In this document: positions 9,643 through 19,879 of the stretch, piece after piece
How the letters are laid out: each line of letters opens with the position of its first letter
Numbering within the stretch: the first letter of the stretch is position 1
DNA from: Gemmatimonadota bacterium
Lineage (GTDB): Bacteria; Gemmatimonadota; Gemmatimonadetes; Gemmatimonadales; GWC2-71-9
Length of the DNA: 64,000 bases
Assembly (NCBI GenBank): GCA_036679645.1
Contig: JAZDCY010000014.1
Location: 128,001 to 192,000 of the forward strand
Direction of reading: 5' to 3'
The notes under the pieces: generated by a model
What the model was told of the DNA's origin: nothing
The model's database searches: none
Seen by the model: the letters and a program-made list of their open reading frames with translations, nothing else
Position numbers and translations under genes: made by a program

Positions 9643-9751
9643 GTGGTCGTCCGGCGAACGGGGGAAAATGCGAAGGACGGATGCGGGTTGTATAGGGCAA
9701 AGGTCCACCTAATATAGCGGACGAGTGTACTACTCATAGTCACACAACCAC

Positions 9752-11233
9752 ATGGGAGGACGATTGGCATTTCGTGTCGAGATCCCTGACACCCCAAGTC
9801 TGAGCGACTATGCCTCGGTCGCGCACCTCGTAGCTCCGGTACGCGCGTTGCAGGAGGAGGCGGCGGCGGTCGTACCGAAGCTCGAGGGGCGGACGATCTG
9901 GATGGTGAACTCCACTGCCCAGGGCGGTGGAGTCGCCGAGATGCTGCCGACCATGGTCTCCCTGCTCCGGGACCTTGGCATCCCAACTGAATGGGCGGTC
10001 ATCGAGTCGGACAAGGCCGAGTTCTTTGCCCTCACGAAGCAGATCCACAACCTGATACACGGCGAGGGCACGCCGGAGTTGGGTCCAGAGCAGCGCGAGC
10101 TGTTCGACCACGTCAACGCCGAGAACGCCTCGTTCCTGCGGTCGCAGCTGAAACCGGGCGACATCCTGATCGTGCACGACCCGCAGCCGATGCCGCTCGC
10201 CTCCGTCCTCAAGGACGAGCTGGATCTCCGCACGATTTGGCGATGCCATATTGGGCTGGATCAGGCATCACCCGCAGGTAATGCCGCCTGGAAGTTCCTG
10301 ATGCCTTACGCCGCCGCCTACGAGTGCGCCATCTTCTCGGCGCCCGAGTACATCCCGGGGATGTTGTCGGACCGGGCACACGTCATCTTCCCCGGCATCA
10401 ACCCGATCACCGAGAAGAACCGAGAGCTGGGCCTCCACAAGACCGTCGGTGTGCTGGCGAACTCCGGCCTCGCCGTGGCGCCCGGCCCGCTGGTCACGCC
10501 GCCTTACGCGCAACGCGCGCAGCGACTTGGCGGAGACGGAGCGTTCCATCCGGCAAACGTCAACGGCGATTTCGGCCTGTTCACGCGGCCCATCGTAACC
10601 CAGGTCTCCCGCTGGGATCGGTTGAAGGGGTTCGAGCCCTTGCTGCGGGCCTTTGCGGCATTCAAGACCCGGATACTCGATGGCGGAGGGTCGAGCGATC
10701 CGTTGCACGGCGCGCGGCAGCAACTCGTGCGCATGGTGCTCGCCGGCCCCGACCCGTCCTCGATCCAGGACGATCCCGAAGGGCAGGACGTGTTGACGGA
10801 GCTGAAGAATGTCTATTGCGCTCTCGAGCCCAGTATTCAGGAGTGCATCGCGTTCGTCGCCCTGCCGATGGAATCGGCACAGGAGAACGCACTGATGGTC
10901 AACGCGCTCCAGCGGGCGTCTACGATCGTCGTGCAGAACTCCTTACGAGAGGGATTCGGCCTCACGGTTACGGAAGCAATGTGGAAACGGATCCCAATCC
11001 TCACCAACGATCAGGCATGCGGTCCCCGTCATCAGGTGCGTGACACGATTGACGGGCGGCTGGTCCACGATCCAACGGATACCGAGAGTCTCGCCGCGAC
11101 ACTCGACGCCATGCTCGCCGACGCGGATGAGCGCAACCGTTGGGGCCGCAACGCGCAGCGCCACGTCCACGAGCGCTTCTTGATCTTCAGTCAACTGCGA
11201 GAGTGGATGCGCATCTTCGCGCAGATGTTCTGA
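9752..11233 (+). CDS. treT: Trehalose glycosyltransferring synthase TreT-like (GT4)
   Basis: VNSTAQGGGVAEM, HDPQP, WRCHI, QVSRWDRLKG, NALQRAS..QNSLREGFGLTVTEAMWK. Confidence 0.88.
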   Translation: MGGRLAFRVEIPDTPSLSDYASVAHLVAPVRALQEEAAAVVPKLEGRTIWMVNSTAQGGGVAEMLPTMVSLLRDLGIPTEWAVIESDKAEFFALTKQIHNLIHGEGTPELGPEQRELFDHVNAENASFLRSQLKPGDILIVHDPQPMPLASVLKDELDLRTIWRCHIGLDQASPAGNAAWKFLMPYAAAYECAIFSAPEYIPGMLSDRAHVIFPGINPITEKNRELGLHKTVGVLANSGLAVAPGPLVTPPYAQRAQRLGGDGAFHPANVNGDFGLFTRPIVTQVSRWDRLKGFEPLLRAFAAFKTRILDGGGSSDPLHGARQQLVRMVLAGPDPSSIQDDPEGQDVLTELKNVYCALEPSIQECIAFVALPMESAQENALMVNALQRASTIVVQNSLREGFGLTVTEAMWKRIPILTNDQACGPRHQVRDTIDGRLVHDPTDTESLAATLDAMLADADERNRWGRNAQRHVHERFLIFSQLREWMRIFAQMF

Positions 11234-11327
11234 GCGGACGTCGCCGGAGACCAACGGGTTATCTTTCCTGGCGTTGCACGGGCGCGGCTCCCCGCTGCGC
11301 CAGATCTCCTGGAGAGATGACGGCTCG

Positions 11328-12680
11328 ATGAAGCGGCAACTCGCTCTGGTCATGGTCGCCAACACGCTGCCCGTGCGCCGGGTGAAACGGCGCGGGAAGG
11401 TCGTGTGGGACCAGAGCCCCGGCGGACTCGTGAGCGCGCTCGCCCCCATCACCCGCGAAGCAGGGGGCGGTTGGGTCGGATGGACCGGCGAGCGTGGTGG
11501 CGACACACCGCCGTTCGAGCTTGGCGGGATTCTGAACATCCCCGTGCCGATCTCGTCGGAGGACGTAGCCATGTTCTACGAAGGCGTGTGTAACCGCACG
11601 CTGTGGCCGCTTTATCACGACGCCGTCCGACAACCCGAGTATCACCGGCATTGGTGGCGGCGTTACGTCGAGGTCAATGAGCGGTTCGCCGAGCGCGCGG
11701 CGGGCATCGCGGCACCGGGCGCAACCGTCTGGGTGCACGACTATCACCTGCAACTCGTTCCCGCCATGCTGCGAGACCGGCGGCCGGATCTCCGGATCGG
11801 GTTTTTTCTCCACATCCCCTTCCCGCCAGAAGAGCTATTTGTCCGCCTCCCGTGGCGCCGGAGTATCGTCGAGGGCATACTCGGCGCCGACGTCGTTGGG
11901 CTGCAAACCAAATTGGGCGCGCGGAACTTCACCCGGCTTGCACAACGGTACTCCGATGGACGTGGCCGGGATGGGCACGTGCACGTTGCAGGACGAGCCG
12001 TGACCGTGGAGCGCTACAAGGATGCGGCCGCCGATCCCGCGACCGAACGGCGCGCCGCACAGCTGCGCTCTCGACTCGGTGGGGGCCGCAAGGTGCTCCT
12101 CGGTGTCGATCGGCTCGACTACACCAAAGGCATCGACCTGCGGCTCAAGGCCTTCGACCAGCTGCTTGCGGGAGACGCTGGTCCGCACAGCGCTGTGCTG
12201 GTGCAAGTTGCCGTGCCGAGTCGCGAGCGAATTGAGGAGTACAAGGAGCTGCGGCGTCACGTCGAGGAGCTGGTTGGGCAGATCAACGGGGAATACGGTG
12301 AGATTGGCGTGGCTGCGGTGCACTACCTGAGGCGGAACCTCCCGTTCGAGGAACTCGTGAGCATGTACCGCGCGGCGGACGTCATGATCGTGACCCCCTT
12401 CGCCGATGGCATGAACCTCGTCGCTAAGGAGTACGTGGCCTCTCGGGTCGAGAATACGGGCGTGCTGATCCTGAGCGAGTTCGCCGGCGCGGCCGCGGAA
12501 CTCAAGAAGGCCCTCCTCGTAAACCCGCACGACGTGGACGGGATGACCGAAGGGATGGCACGTGCGTTGGACATGCCTCTGGCCGAGCAATCCCAGCGGA
12601 TGCGCGCAATGCGGCTCGTGCTGGACCGGCACACGGTCCACGATTGGGCAGCCGATTTCATGCAGGCACTCGAGAAGTAG
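11328..12680 (+). CDS. otsA: Trehalose-6-phosphate synthase (GT20), with apparent short internal deletion
   Basis: GGLVSAL, LWPLYH, WVHDYHL, FFLHIPFP, GVDRLDYTKG, DGMNLVAKEY, LSEFAGAA. Start trimmed to ATG 11328. Confidence 0.93.
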   Translation: MKRQLALVMVANTLPVRRVKRRGKVVWDQSPGGLVSALAPITREAGGGWVGWTGERGGDTPPFELGGILNIPVPISSEDVAMFYEGVCNRTLWPLYHDAVRQPEYHRHWWRRYVEVNERFAERAAGIAAPGATVWVHDYHLQLVPAMLRDRRPDLRIGFFLHIPFPPEELFVRLPWRRSIVEGILGADVVGLQTKLGARNFTRLAQRYSDGRGRDGHVHVAGRAVTVERYKDAAADPATERRAAQLRSRLGGGRKVLLGVDRLDYTKGIDLRLKAFDQLLAGDAGPHSAVLVQVAVPSRERIEEYKELRRHVEELVGQINGEYGEIGVAAVHYLRRNLPFEELVSMYRAADVMIVTPFADGMNLVAKEYVASRVENTGVLILSEFAGAAAELKKALLVNPHDVDGMTEGMARALDMPLAEQSQRMRAMRLVLDRHTVHDWAADFMQALEK

Positions 12681-12703
12681 CTGTTCTGGCGGTCGCCTGG
12701 TGT

Positions 12704-13711
12704 TCAGTGCACGAAGATATTCTTCGGGATCATGGCGTGCACCCCTACATATCCATCGACCAGTTGGGTGATGCGGAGGTCGGCCGCCACACTGGCCAGC
12801 GCGTATGCGGTGGCCCGGTCGAGTTGGCGGTACTCCATGAGGAACTCGATCGTCTGTTCGACCGCAATACGAGTAGCGACCGTGAGATCCTCGTCCGTGC
12901 CCATCGTAATGAAATGCGTCGGCGTCTCGGCGCGAGGCCAGGTGAGGTGCATGTCCTTGCGGACTATCAACTGGAGTCGCCCGTTGAGAGAAGTCTCGAT
13001 AGCCGTTTGATCGACCTCGCCGTCACCCTGTGCCGCGTGCCCGTCGCCCACCAGGAACAGCGCACCCGGCACGTGCACCGGAATGAAGAGCGTTGTACCC
13101 GCCACCAGCTCCTGGTTGTCCAGATTGCCGGCGTGGATCCACGGCGGGTTGCTGCTCCAACGCCCGGCACTTGGTGGGGGAGCCACACCCATGCTCCCAA
13201 AGAACGGCGCAAGCGGTATCACGATACCCGGCACGAACTCCGCGGTCATCTGTTCGCGATCCAGGCGAATGATCCGCGTACCTGACTCTCCGCAATGCTC
13301 GGGCACGAAGCCGCGGCACCCATTGTAGCCGTAAGGAGTTGCGATATCGACCGAGAGCACGCGGACCTCCAGGACATCGCCGGGCTCAGCGCCCTCGACG
13401 TAGACGGGACCGGTGAGGATGTGCCCGCCGGGGCCCCGATCGGTGACCTGATCAACGATGTCCCGCAGTGACTGTTGCACTTCCTCCGGCGGGACGCCCG
13501 CTCGCTCCAAACGAGCCGGCCGGTTGGTGATCATCGTTTCCACCTCGACGATGTCGCCGGAGGCAATCCGCAAGACCGGCGGCGCTTCGGCCCAGTAGTA
13601 GCCCCACGCGACCGTCGCGGGCGTGGCGGGGAGCTGATGGACCTGTTGCGCGAAGGCAGGAACACCTGCCCAGCAGGTGGTGACTACAAGAGTTACAAGA
13701 AGTCTCTGCAC
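12704..13711 (-). CDS. Acetamidase/formamidase family protein with signal peptide
   Basis: HILTGPVYVEGAEPGD, GNLDN, GDGHAAQGDGEV; N-terminus ends ...PAFA-QQ. Confidence 0.9.
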   Translation of the reverse strand: MQRLLVTLVVTTCWAGVPAFAQQVHQLPATPATVAWGYYWAEAPPVLRIASGDIVEVETMITNRPARLERAGVPPEEVQQSLRDIVDQVTDRGPGGHILTGPVYVEGAEPGDVLEVRVLSVDIATPYGYNGCRGFVPEHCGESGTRIIRLDREQMTAEFVPGIVIPLAPFFGSMGVAPPPSAGRWSSNPPWIHAGNLDNQELVAGTTLFIPVHVPGALFLVGDGHAAQGDGEVDQTAIETSLNGRLQLIVRKDMHLTWPRAETPTHFITMGTDEDLTVATRIAVEQTIEFLMEYRQLDRATAYALASVAADLRITQLVDGYVGVHAMIPKNIFVH

Positions 13712-13787
13712 GTGTGGCTCCGCGGTGGATGGGGCGACCTAAGATGGGGCCTGTGGAGCAGTGTGGCCAGTTACTGCTCGGCACGAA

Positions 13788-13829
13788 CGATCGGCGATTG
13801 CCGATCGGCAATTTGCGATTTGCAAATGG
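13788..13829 (+). repeat. Six degenerate heptamer repeats
   Basis: cgatcgg cgattgc cgatcgg caatttg cgatttg caaatgg in a divergent intergenic region. Confidence 0.7.
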
Positions 13830-13925
13830 CCTAGCGTTCACTCACCCCAGGCTAGGCCTTGATCGCACTGTGCGCTATGTTCGGTGCTCTCACGTATCGC
13901 TAGAACCCTGACGGGCGGAGACCCC

Positions 13926-14912
13926 ATGAGTGGCAACGACGGACAATCCGAGCTCACTCTGACACGCGAAGATTTCGAGCGCGCGCGCGCAGTGGTAGCG
14001 CCGTCGGTGTATCACACGCCTCTCCTGACTTCCCGCTCGCTGAGCGAGGCCACCGGTTTCGACGTGCGTCTGAAGGCCGAGCTATTCCAGCGTGGCGGGT
14101 CGTACAAGGTCCGTGGACCTACGAACAAGATCTCGAAACTCAGCGATGACGAACGTGCACGGGGCGTTATCTGTTCGTCCGCCGGCAACCACTCACAGGG
14201 TGTCGCCATCGCGGCGCGACAATACGGCGTCAAGGCAGTCGTCGTCATGGCGGAGAACGCGACGCCGTCAAAGATCGCCGCGACCAAGGGATACGGCGCA
14301 GAAGTCATCTTGCACGGGAGCATATGGGATGAAGCCAATGAGAAGGCGCTCGAGTTGGTGGAAGAGCGTGGCCTCACCTACATCCACCCGTTTGACGATC
14401 CCGATCTCATTGCGGGCCAGGGCACCGTGGGGCTGGAGATTCTCGACGACTTTCCCGATGTCGAACTCATCGTGGTCCCGATCGGCGGTGGCGGACTGAT
14501 ATCCGGGATCTCCATGGCGGCCAAGAGTATCCGGCCCGACATTCGCATCGTCGGGGTGGAGTCGTCCGGTGCGCCCGCTATGAAACGCAGCGTTGAGGCT
14601 GGGGAACGGATCACGTTGGACCGAGTGGATTGTGTGATCGACGGACTACGAGTTCAGCGTGTCGGCGTGCACACACACTCCGTGGTCTCGCGTTTCGTCG
14701 ACGAGATCGTCACCCTTCCTGATGAGCAGATCTTCGACGCCGTGCTATGGCTCATGACGCGCGCCAAGCTGGTCCCCGAAGGCGCGGCGGCCGCTCCCGT
14801 CGGCGCGCTGCTCCAGGGTCTTATCGACGCGCCGCCCGGTACCAAAGTCGTGAGCGTCGTGAGCGGCGGGAACCTGGATGTCGAACAGCTCCGGGGTCTG
14901 AGCTGGAACTGA
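13926..14912 (+). CDS. PLP-dependent threonine/serine dehydratase (no ACT domain)
   Basis: KAELFQRGGSYKVRG, SAGNH, HPFDD, GQGT, GGGGL, SGGN. Confidence 0.92.
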   Translation: MSGNDGQSELTLTREDFERARAVVAPSVYHTPLLTSRSLSEATGFDVRLKAELFQRGGSYKVRGPTNKISKLSDDERARGVICSSAGNHSQGVAIAARQYGVKAVVVMAENATPSKIAATKGYGAEVILHGSIWDEANEKALELVEERGLTYIHPFDDPDLIAGQGTVGLEILDDFPDVELIVVPIGGGGLISGISMAAKSIRPDIRIVGVESSGAPAMKRSVEAGERITLDRVDCVIDGLRVQRVGVHTHSVVSRFVDEIVTLPDEQIFDAVLWLMTRAKLVPEGAAAAPVGALLQGLIDAPPGTKVVSVVSGGNLDVEQLRGLSWN

Positions 14913-14952
14913 ACGGGTGGGAACTATCGCAGCTTCTTCACCGACCGGCGGA

Positions 14953-15393
14953 TCAATAGGTCTCCCACGTGCCTGGGGTCACGAGCTCGAGCAAATGTCC
15001 GTCCGGGTCCCGGAAATAGAGGCTCCGGCCTCCCCTCTCCCAGTCGACCTTGCTCTCGACCGCCACGCCCTGCTCACTCAACCACCGCTCCCATCGCCCC
15101 ACGTCACCCTCCAAAATAGCAAAGGCGACATGGGATGTGCCTTCACCATCGTGCGGCGGTAGCACGCCTCCCGACATGCTCATGGGCTCGCTCGACGCCC
15201 CGAGCTTGAAGAGCAGCAGCACCTGCTTCCCTTCCACGTCGAGCGCGGCAATTCGTTCTTTGGAAACCATGACGGGAAAGCCAAAGAGCTGGCGATAGAA
15301 ATCGGCGGATCGCGAAACGTCCTTCACGTACAGGCCGAACTCCAACATCCCTTGCACAGGTGGTCTGGCCACATTCCCCCCATTTCCACTCAT
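14953..15393 (-). CDS. VOC/glyoxalase family protein
   Basis: LYVKD..FY, HVAF, RSLYFRDPDGHLLEL. Start trimmed to ATG 15393. Confidence 0.88.
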   Translation of the reverse strand: MSGNGGNVARPPVQGMLEFGLYVKDVSRSADFYRQLFGFPVMVSKERIAALDVEGKQVLLLFKLGASSEPMSMSGGVLPPHDGEGTSHVAFAILEGDVGRWERWLSEQGVAVESKVDWERGGRSLYFRDPDGHLLELVTPGTWETY

Positions 15394-15394
15394 T

Positions 15395-15427
15395 CTCTGC
15401 ACTCTCCGCGATCTCTGCGGTGAAACG
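15395..15427. repeat. REP-like element half copy (CTCTGC..CTCCGCGATCTCTGCGGTGA family)
   Basis: Near-identical to 32477-32508 and 37834-37863. Confidence 0.8.
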
Positions 15428-15473
15428 TCCGGGTGAAATGGCTCCGTCCGTTGCACCACCATAGGATCGACTG

Positions 15474-16187
15474 CTACGGCACGTCCATGCGGCGCAGTCG
15501 CCGAATCGACAACAGCAAGAACCCGGCGAACACAACGACCGCCGCGCCGATCGCAAATCCGAAGCTCAGGGTGTTGTCCGTCGCAAAACGGCGTGCGTCC
15601 AGCCCGTGCATCCAAGCAATCGTATGATAGCGGATGCTCAGTGACCTCACCCCCGTTACGAACCCCGCGAAGTACCCTTCCCACAGGACGATGTACACCA
15701 GACCGATCGCCATTGCCCGGGAGCTCATGAGGCCGGCCCAGACAAAGGCCGAGGAATACAACAAGACGCCAACCAATGCGGAAATCGTGACCGCGGCCGT
15801 TGCGGTCACATCACCGTCGTATGCGATGTGGCTCGTCACGATCGCGCTGCCCGCGATGAACGACCCGGAGACCGTGACGGCCGCTAGCAGTTTTGGCACC
15901 ACGATCTGCCATCGGGGGAGCGGTGAGAGTGTCAGATTCGCGAGCGTCCGGTCCTCGATCTCATTCGCGAACGCGATGCTTGCGACGGCGAGGACGACCA
16001 GCGGCCCGATGGTGCCTGCCAGCATACCGCTGAGCACGATTAGATCGAATTCCTCGACGGATGGGGCGCGCTCCGACCGCATGGCGACGAGAGACATGAA
16101 TACGGGCATCGCGGCCAGCACGAGCATGATCAGCAGGCGCCATTTGCCCGAGAGCTGGCGCAGCGTGAGCAGATAGATGGACTTCAT
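15474..16187 (-). CDS. ABC-2 type permease
   Basis: About six hydrophobic segments, EIEDRTL..L..P..R....KL motif; lies within the ABC operon. Confidence 0.88.
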   Translation of the reverse strand: MKSIYLLTLRQLSGKWRLLIMLVLAAMPVFMSLVAMRSERAPSVEEFDLIVLSGMLAGTIGPLVVLAVASIAFANEIEDRTLANLTLSPLPRWQIVVPKLLAAVTVSGSFIAGSAIVTSHIAYDGDVTATAAVTISALVGVLLYSSAFVWAGLMSSRAMAIGLVYIVLWEGYFAGFVTGVRSLSIRYHTIAWMHGLDARRFATDNTLSFGFAIGAAVVVFAGFLLLSIRRLRRMDVP

Positions 16188-16189
16188 CG

Positions 16190-17122
16190 CTAACGCTCCA
16201 CCAGGTAACCGAATACGCTTTCCAGCGAATCGTCCAGCGGCTCTACCCGGCGCAGGCCGATGGAAGCCGACTGCGCGAGACGGGGCAGCTCGATCTGCAA
16301 CGCACGCACGTTCCTGCTCAGCACGACGACCTTTCCGTCGGGATCGATGTTCACGGCTTCCACGGAGTCGAGCCGTACGAGGGCGGACGCCAGTTCTCGA
16401 GGCGAGTCGGACACCACGAGTACGTGGTACGGCCTCTCGTCCAACGCCGCCCGAATGGCGCGGAAATCCCCGGACGCCGCGAGCTTACCGTTGACGATGA
16501 GGAGGACGGTGTCGGCGAGCTGCTCGACCTCCTCGAGGATGTGCGAGGAGATGATGATCGTCCGTCCCTCCGCAGCCAATTGCCGCAGCAGGGCCTGGAA
16601 ATGCACCCGTTGCCTGGGGTCGGCGCCATTCAACGGTTCATCGAGAATCAGGATCTCCGGGTCGTGCACGAGCGTCGCCGCCAGACGCATCCGCTGGCGC
16701 ATGCCCCGAGAGTAGGTCCCCATCGGACGATCTGCCGCGGCGGCGAGATCCACGGAGCCGATGGCCTTCTCGACTGCGGCGTCGAGATTGGACATACCTC
16801 TGAGTCGGCCCATCATTGCGACGAACTCACGGCCCTTCATGAACCCGTAGACCGTCTCGTGCTCCGACATCACGCCCATGCGCCCGTACAGCATGGGGTT
16901 GTTGCGCACCGGCTCCCCGAACACGGTGACGGTTCCGTCGGACACGTCGGCGAGCCCCGTCATCATGCGGAGCAAGGTCGTCTTGCCGGCACCGTTGGGG
17001 CCCAGCAGACCGGTGATGCCGGGCGTGATGTCGAACGTCACATCGCTGACGGCGACGACACTCCCGAACCAGCGGGACACGCCATCGACCCGGATGACCG
17101 GTGCTACGCCGTTGGCGGTCAT
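16190..17122 (-). CDS. ABC transporter ATP-binding protein
   Basis: GPNGAGKT, YSRGMRQR, LDEP, SSH. ATG 17122 overlaps the upstream stop. Confidence 0.93.
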   Translation of the reverse strand: MTANGVAPVIRVDGVSRWFGSVVAVSDVTFDITPGITGLLGPNGAGKTTLLRMMTGLADVSDGTVTVFGEPVRNNPMLYGRMGVMSEHETVYGFMKGREFVAMMGRLRGMSNLDAAVEKAIGSVDLAAAADRPMGTYSRGMRQRMRLAATLVHDPEILILDEPLNGADPRQRVHFQALLRQLAAEGRTIIISSHILEEVEQLADTVLLIVNGKLAASGDFRAIRAALDERPYHVLVVSDSPRELASALVRLDSVEAVNIDPDGKVVVLSRNVRALQIELPRLAQSASIGLRRVEPLDDSLESVFGYLVER

Positions 17123-18039
17123 GGGGTCAACCGCCGGTAACGTGTCCACAGGATTCCGGCGGGCAGCAGTGTCCACAGGAAATACCAACCCACCAGGATC
17201 CCCGCCGAAAGCTCGCCGGCGGGCGCTTCACTAGTGATCGCACTGACCTCGCCGAAGATGAGGTCGTTCACGTGCACGGGGATGTTGCTCAGGTTGAACA
17301 TGGAGATCCACTGACCCGCCGTGGGCGCGGTCTGGCCGATCTCCATCGCGAGGCCCGTGGTGAAGGGTGTCGTGATCACGAACAGGCCCACGAGGAACAC
17401 GGAGGCGTACGCCCGCCGGGTCGTGAACGCGGCGGTGAGCAACGCCAACGTCGTGGTGTACACAGCGAACGCGACTCCCGACGCCAGGAACTTCGGAATA
17501 TCGAGCCAGTGGGCGGCGAAGTAAGCAGCCGGCTCGGGATCACCCGCCGACAGCCCGACGAAGAGGATGACCTGGGGGAGCCACGCGGCCGCGAGCATCA
17601 CCGTGAAGAACGCAAGCCACCGGGCGGCGACGTAATCCGAACCCGTTAGCGGTCGCACCAGGTACAGGTTGATGGTGCCCTCACGACGGTCCGGACACAG
17701 CAACTCCGGCGCGCCTACCGCAGCGAAGACGAACAGGAAGATCGACGCAATGCCGTAGTAGTCGGAATGCGAAGGGAGGTTGAGCTGCTCAGCGGATCCC
17801 GGGCCTCCCAGCCTGTCGGCCGCGCCGGCGATCAATGCCATGATCAGGGCGATCGCCGCCAGCAGACCGATGAAGAACCAGGGCAATATCTTCGCTCGAG
17901 CGCCGCGCCCCAGACCCAGCGCAGTTCTTACGCCGTCCTTGAAGACCGCAAACCGCGCGCGGTTCCTCCCCTCGCGCGAGCCGGTGTATTTCTGATACCC
18001 AATGTCAAAAACGGTGCCTTCGGCGGTGTTCGCGGTCAT
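17119..18039 (-). CDS. ABC-2 type permease
   Basis: Multi-TM; DRREGTINLYLVRPL motif. Confidence 0.88.
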   Translation of the reverse strand: MTANTAEGTVFDIGYQKYTGSREGRNRARFAVFKDGVRTALGLGRGARAKILPWFFIGLLAAIALIMALIAGAADRLGGPGSAEQLNLPSHSDYYGIASIFLFVFAAVGAPELLCPDRREGTINLYLVRPLTGSDYVAARWLAFFTVMLAAAWLPQVILFVGLSAGDPEPAAYFAAHWLDIPKFLASGVAFAVYTTTLALLTAAFTTRRAYASVFLVGLFVITTPFTTGLAMEIGQTAPTAGQWISMFNLSNIPVHVNDLIFGEVSAITSEAPAGELSAGILVGWYFLWTLLPAGILWTRYRRLTP

Positions 18040-18962
18040 GGGGCCACACCGTGTTCGAAGTCGTCGCCTTCTCGTTGAAACAGCTCGGTCAGCGCGCGTC
18101 GGCGTGGTGCCATCCGGCGCAGCGGCGCCTCGGCCTCGACCAGTGCATCGCGAACCTGGTCGTAGACCGACTCGTCGGGGCCCTCGACAGAGAGTCCGCT
18201 TCCGTCCGCGGCTACGACGACACCACGTTTCTCCAACGCGACGACAAGACGCTCACGGTTGGTGTCGACCTCGATGAACACGTGCTCGGTCTCCTGCGTG
18301 AAGTGCTCGACGTCCCCAGTCTGCACTACTCGACCACCCTGCAGCACAATAATCCGATCACAGGTTCGCTCGACATCCGCCATCAGGTGCGACGATAGGA
18401 GAATGCTGATGCCGAACTCGCGATGTGTCTTGCGAACGAGCTCGAGCATCTCCTCACGTCCTCCCGGGTCGAGCCCCGCCGTGGGCTCGTCCAGAAAGAC
18501 GATCGCAGGGTCGTGCACCAACGCCTGCGCCAGTTTCACCCGCTGCTTCATGCCGGTCGAGTAGCCTCCCATCGCCCGGTAGCGCTCCTCGAACAGGCCC
18601 GCATGCCGCAACGTGTCGGCCGCGCGCGTGCGCGCGTTCGACGGCGGCAGGCCGCTTACCTCTGCCATGTGCGTAAGGAACTCGGCAGCCGACACGCTCG
18701 TTGGCAGACAATCGTGCTCCGGCATGTAGCCTAGCTTCGATCGCACGACGACGCTCTCGGAGGCGTTCTCTCCGAGAATCGTGGCCGAGCCGGACGTCGG
18801 CCGAAGCAGCCCGAGGAAGATCTTGATCGCGGTGCTCTTCCCCGCACCATTCTCGCCGAGCAGACCGGTAATCCCGTCGGAGATGCCGAGGCTCACGCCG
18901 TCGAGCGCCACGACGTTGCCATAGTGCTTGGTCAGGTTTTCGGCTGTGAGTAGTGTTTCCAC
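18036..18962 (-). CDS. ABC transporter ATP-binding protein
   Basis: GENGAGKS, YSTGMKQR, LDEPTAGLDP. Start GTG 18962. Confidence 0.93.
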   Translation of the reverse strand: METLLTAENLTKHYGNVVALDGVSLGISDGITGLLGENGAGKSTAIKIFLGLLRPTSGSATILGENASESVVVRSKLGYMPEHDCLPTSVSAAEFLTHMAEVSGLPPSNARTRAADTLRHAGLFEERYRAMGGYSTGMKQRVKLAQALVHDPAIVFLDEPTAGLDPGGREEMLELVRKTHREFGISILLSSHLMADVERTCDRIIVLQGGRVVQTGDVEHFTQETEHVFIEVDTNRERLVVALEKRGVVVAADGSGLSVEGPDESVYDQVRDALVEAEAPLRRMAPRRRALTELFQREGDDFEHGVAP

Positions 18963-18970
18963 GGAGCCCC

Positions 18971-19879
18971 TCAGTCGTCCCTGCAAGCCGCTTCATACCC
19001 CAGGCGGCACGCGCGCCGCAACCGCCAGCTGGCTTGGCCCAGGTTTCGCGACACGCCGGTCCCGGTCGCGTACATGTTGCCGAGCGTGAAGCAGCTCTCC
19101 GCATGCTGAAGGTCGCAGCCTTTGTCAAACAGGTTCGCGGCCTCGGTAGAATCCTGGGTGACGCCCGCGCCGTTCGCGTGCGCACCACCGAGCTTGAAAC
19201 ACCCTGCGCCCGCATCTGCGTCACAGGCTTCCCGGTAGAGCGCAACGGCTTGGTCGAGGTCCTGCGTGACGCCGTCGCCGGAGGCAACCAGGTCGCCCAG
19301 GCGAATGCAACCTGCCATCACGTCGCCATCACAGGCGTGCTCGAAGAGACCAGCAGCCCGGGCGAGGTCCTGTGCGACCCCCTCGCCAGCAACATATGCG
19401 CTCCCGAGGTGCGAGCAGCCGAGCGCATCGTCGCCGTCGCACGCCTGTTGGAACAGGCCGGCGGCGCGAGTGAGGTTTTGCGGGACACCCACGCTATCCC
19501 GGTACAGCACTCCCAGACCTGTACAGCCTCTCATTTCAGCGCCATCACAGGCCCGTCGGTACATGCTGATCGCGACGGCGGAATCTCCAACGATGCCCGT
19601 GCTCTCCTGATGCATCCGGCCGAGGCGATAACAGCCCTCCGCCACCCCCTCATCGCAGGCCTGTTCGAACAGGCCGGCGGCGCGGGGCTGGTCCTGGAGG
19701 ACGTGATCGCCGCTCGCGAGCCGGTACGCGAGAGTATTGCAGTCCGCCGCGTTCCCGTCCGCGCACGACAGCCGCAGCCGCTTGGCCTCCGAGCTACAGG
19801 CGGCCAGGGCAACAGCGGCCACGACGAGCAGCAGCTTGCCAGCAAGGGCAGTTGAGGGCCGGGTGGAGATCTCGATCAT
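18971..19879 (-). CDS. Cysteine-rich Sel1-like repeat lipoprotein (Hcp-like)
   Basis: Repeats of A..LF..ACD......GC..LG..Y..G.GV.QD; LAAC lipobox; N-terminus MIEISTRPSTALA resembles kinase starts. Confidence 0.9.
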   Translation of the reverse strand: MIEISTRPSTALAGKLLLVVAAVALAACSSEAKRLRLSCADGNAADCNTLAYRLASGDHVLQDQPRAAGLFEQACDEGVAEGCYRLGRMHQESTGIVGDSAVAISMYRRACDGAEMRGCTGLGVLYRDSVGVPQNLTRAAGLFQQACDGDDALGCSHLGSAYVAGEGVAQDLARAAGLFEHACDGDVMAGCIRLGDLVASGDGVTQDLDQAVALYREACDADAGAGCFKLGGAHANGAGVTQDSTEAANLFDKGCDLQHAESCFTLGNMYATGTGVSRNLGQASWRLRRACRLGYEAACRDD

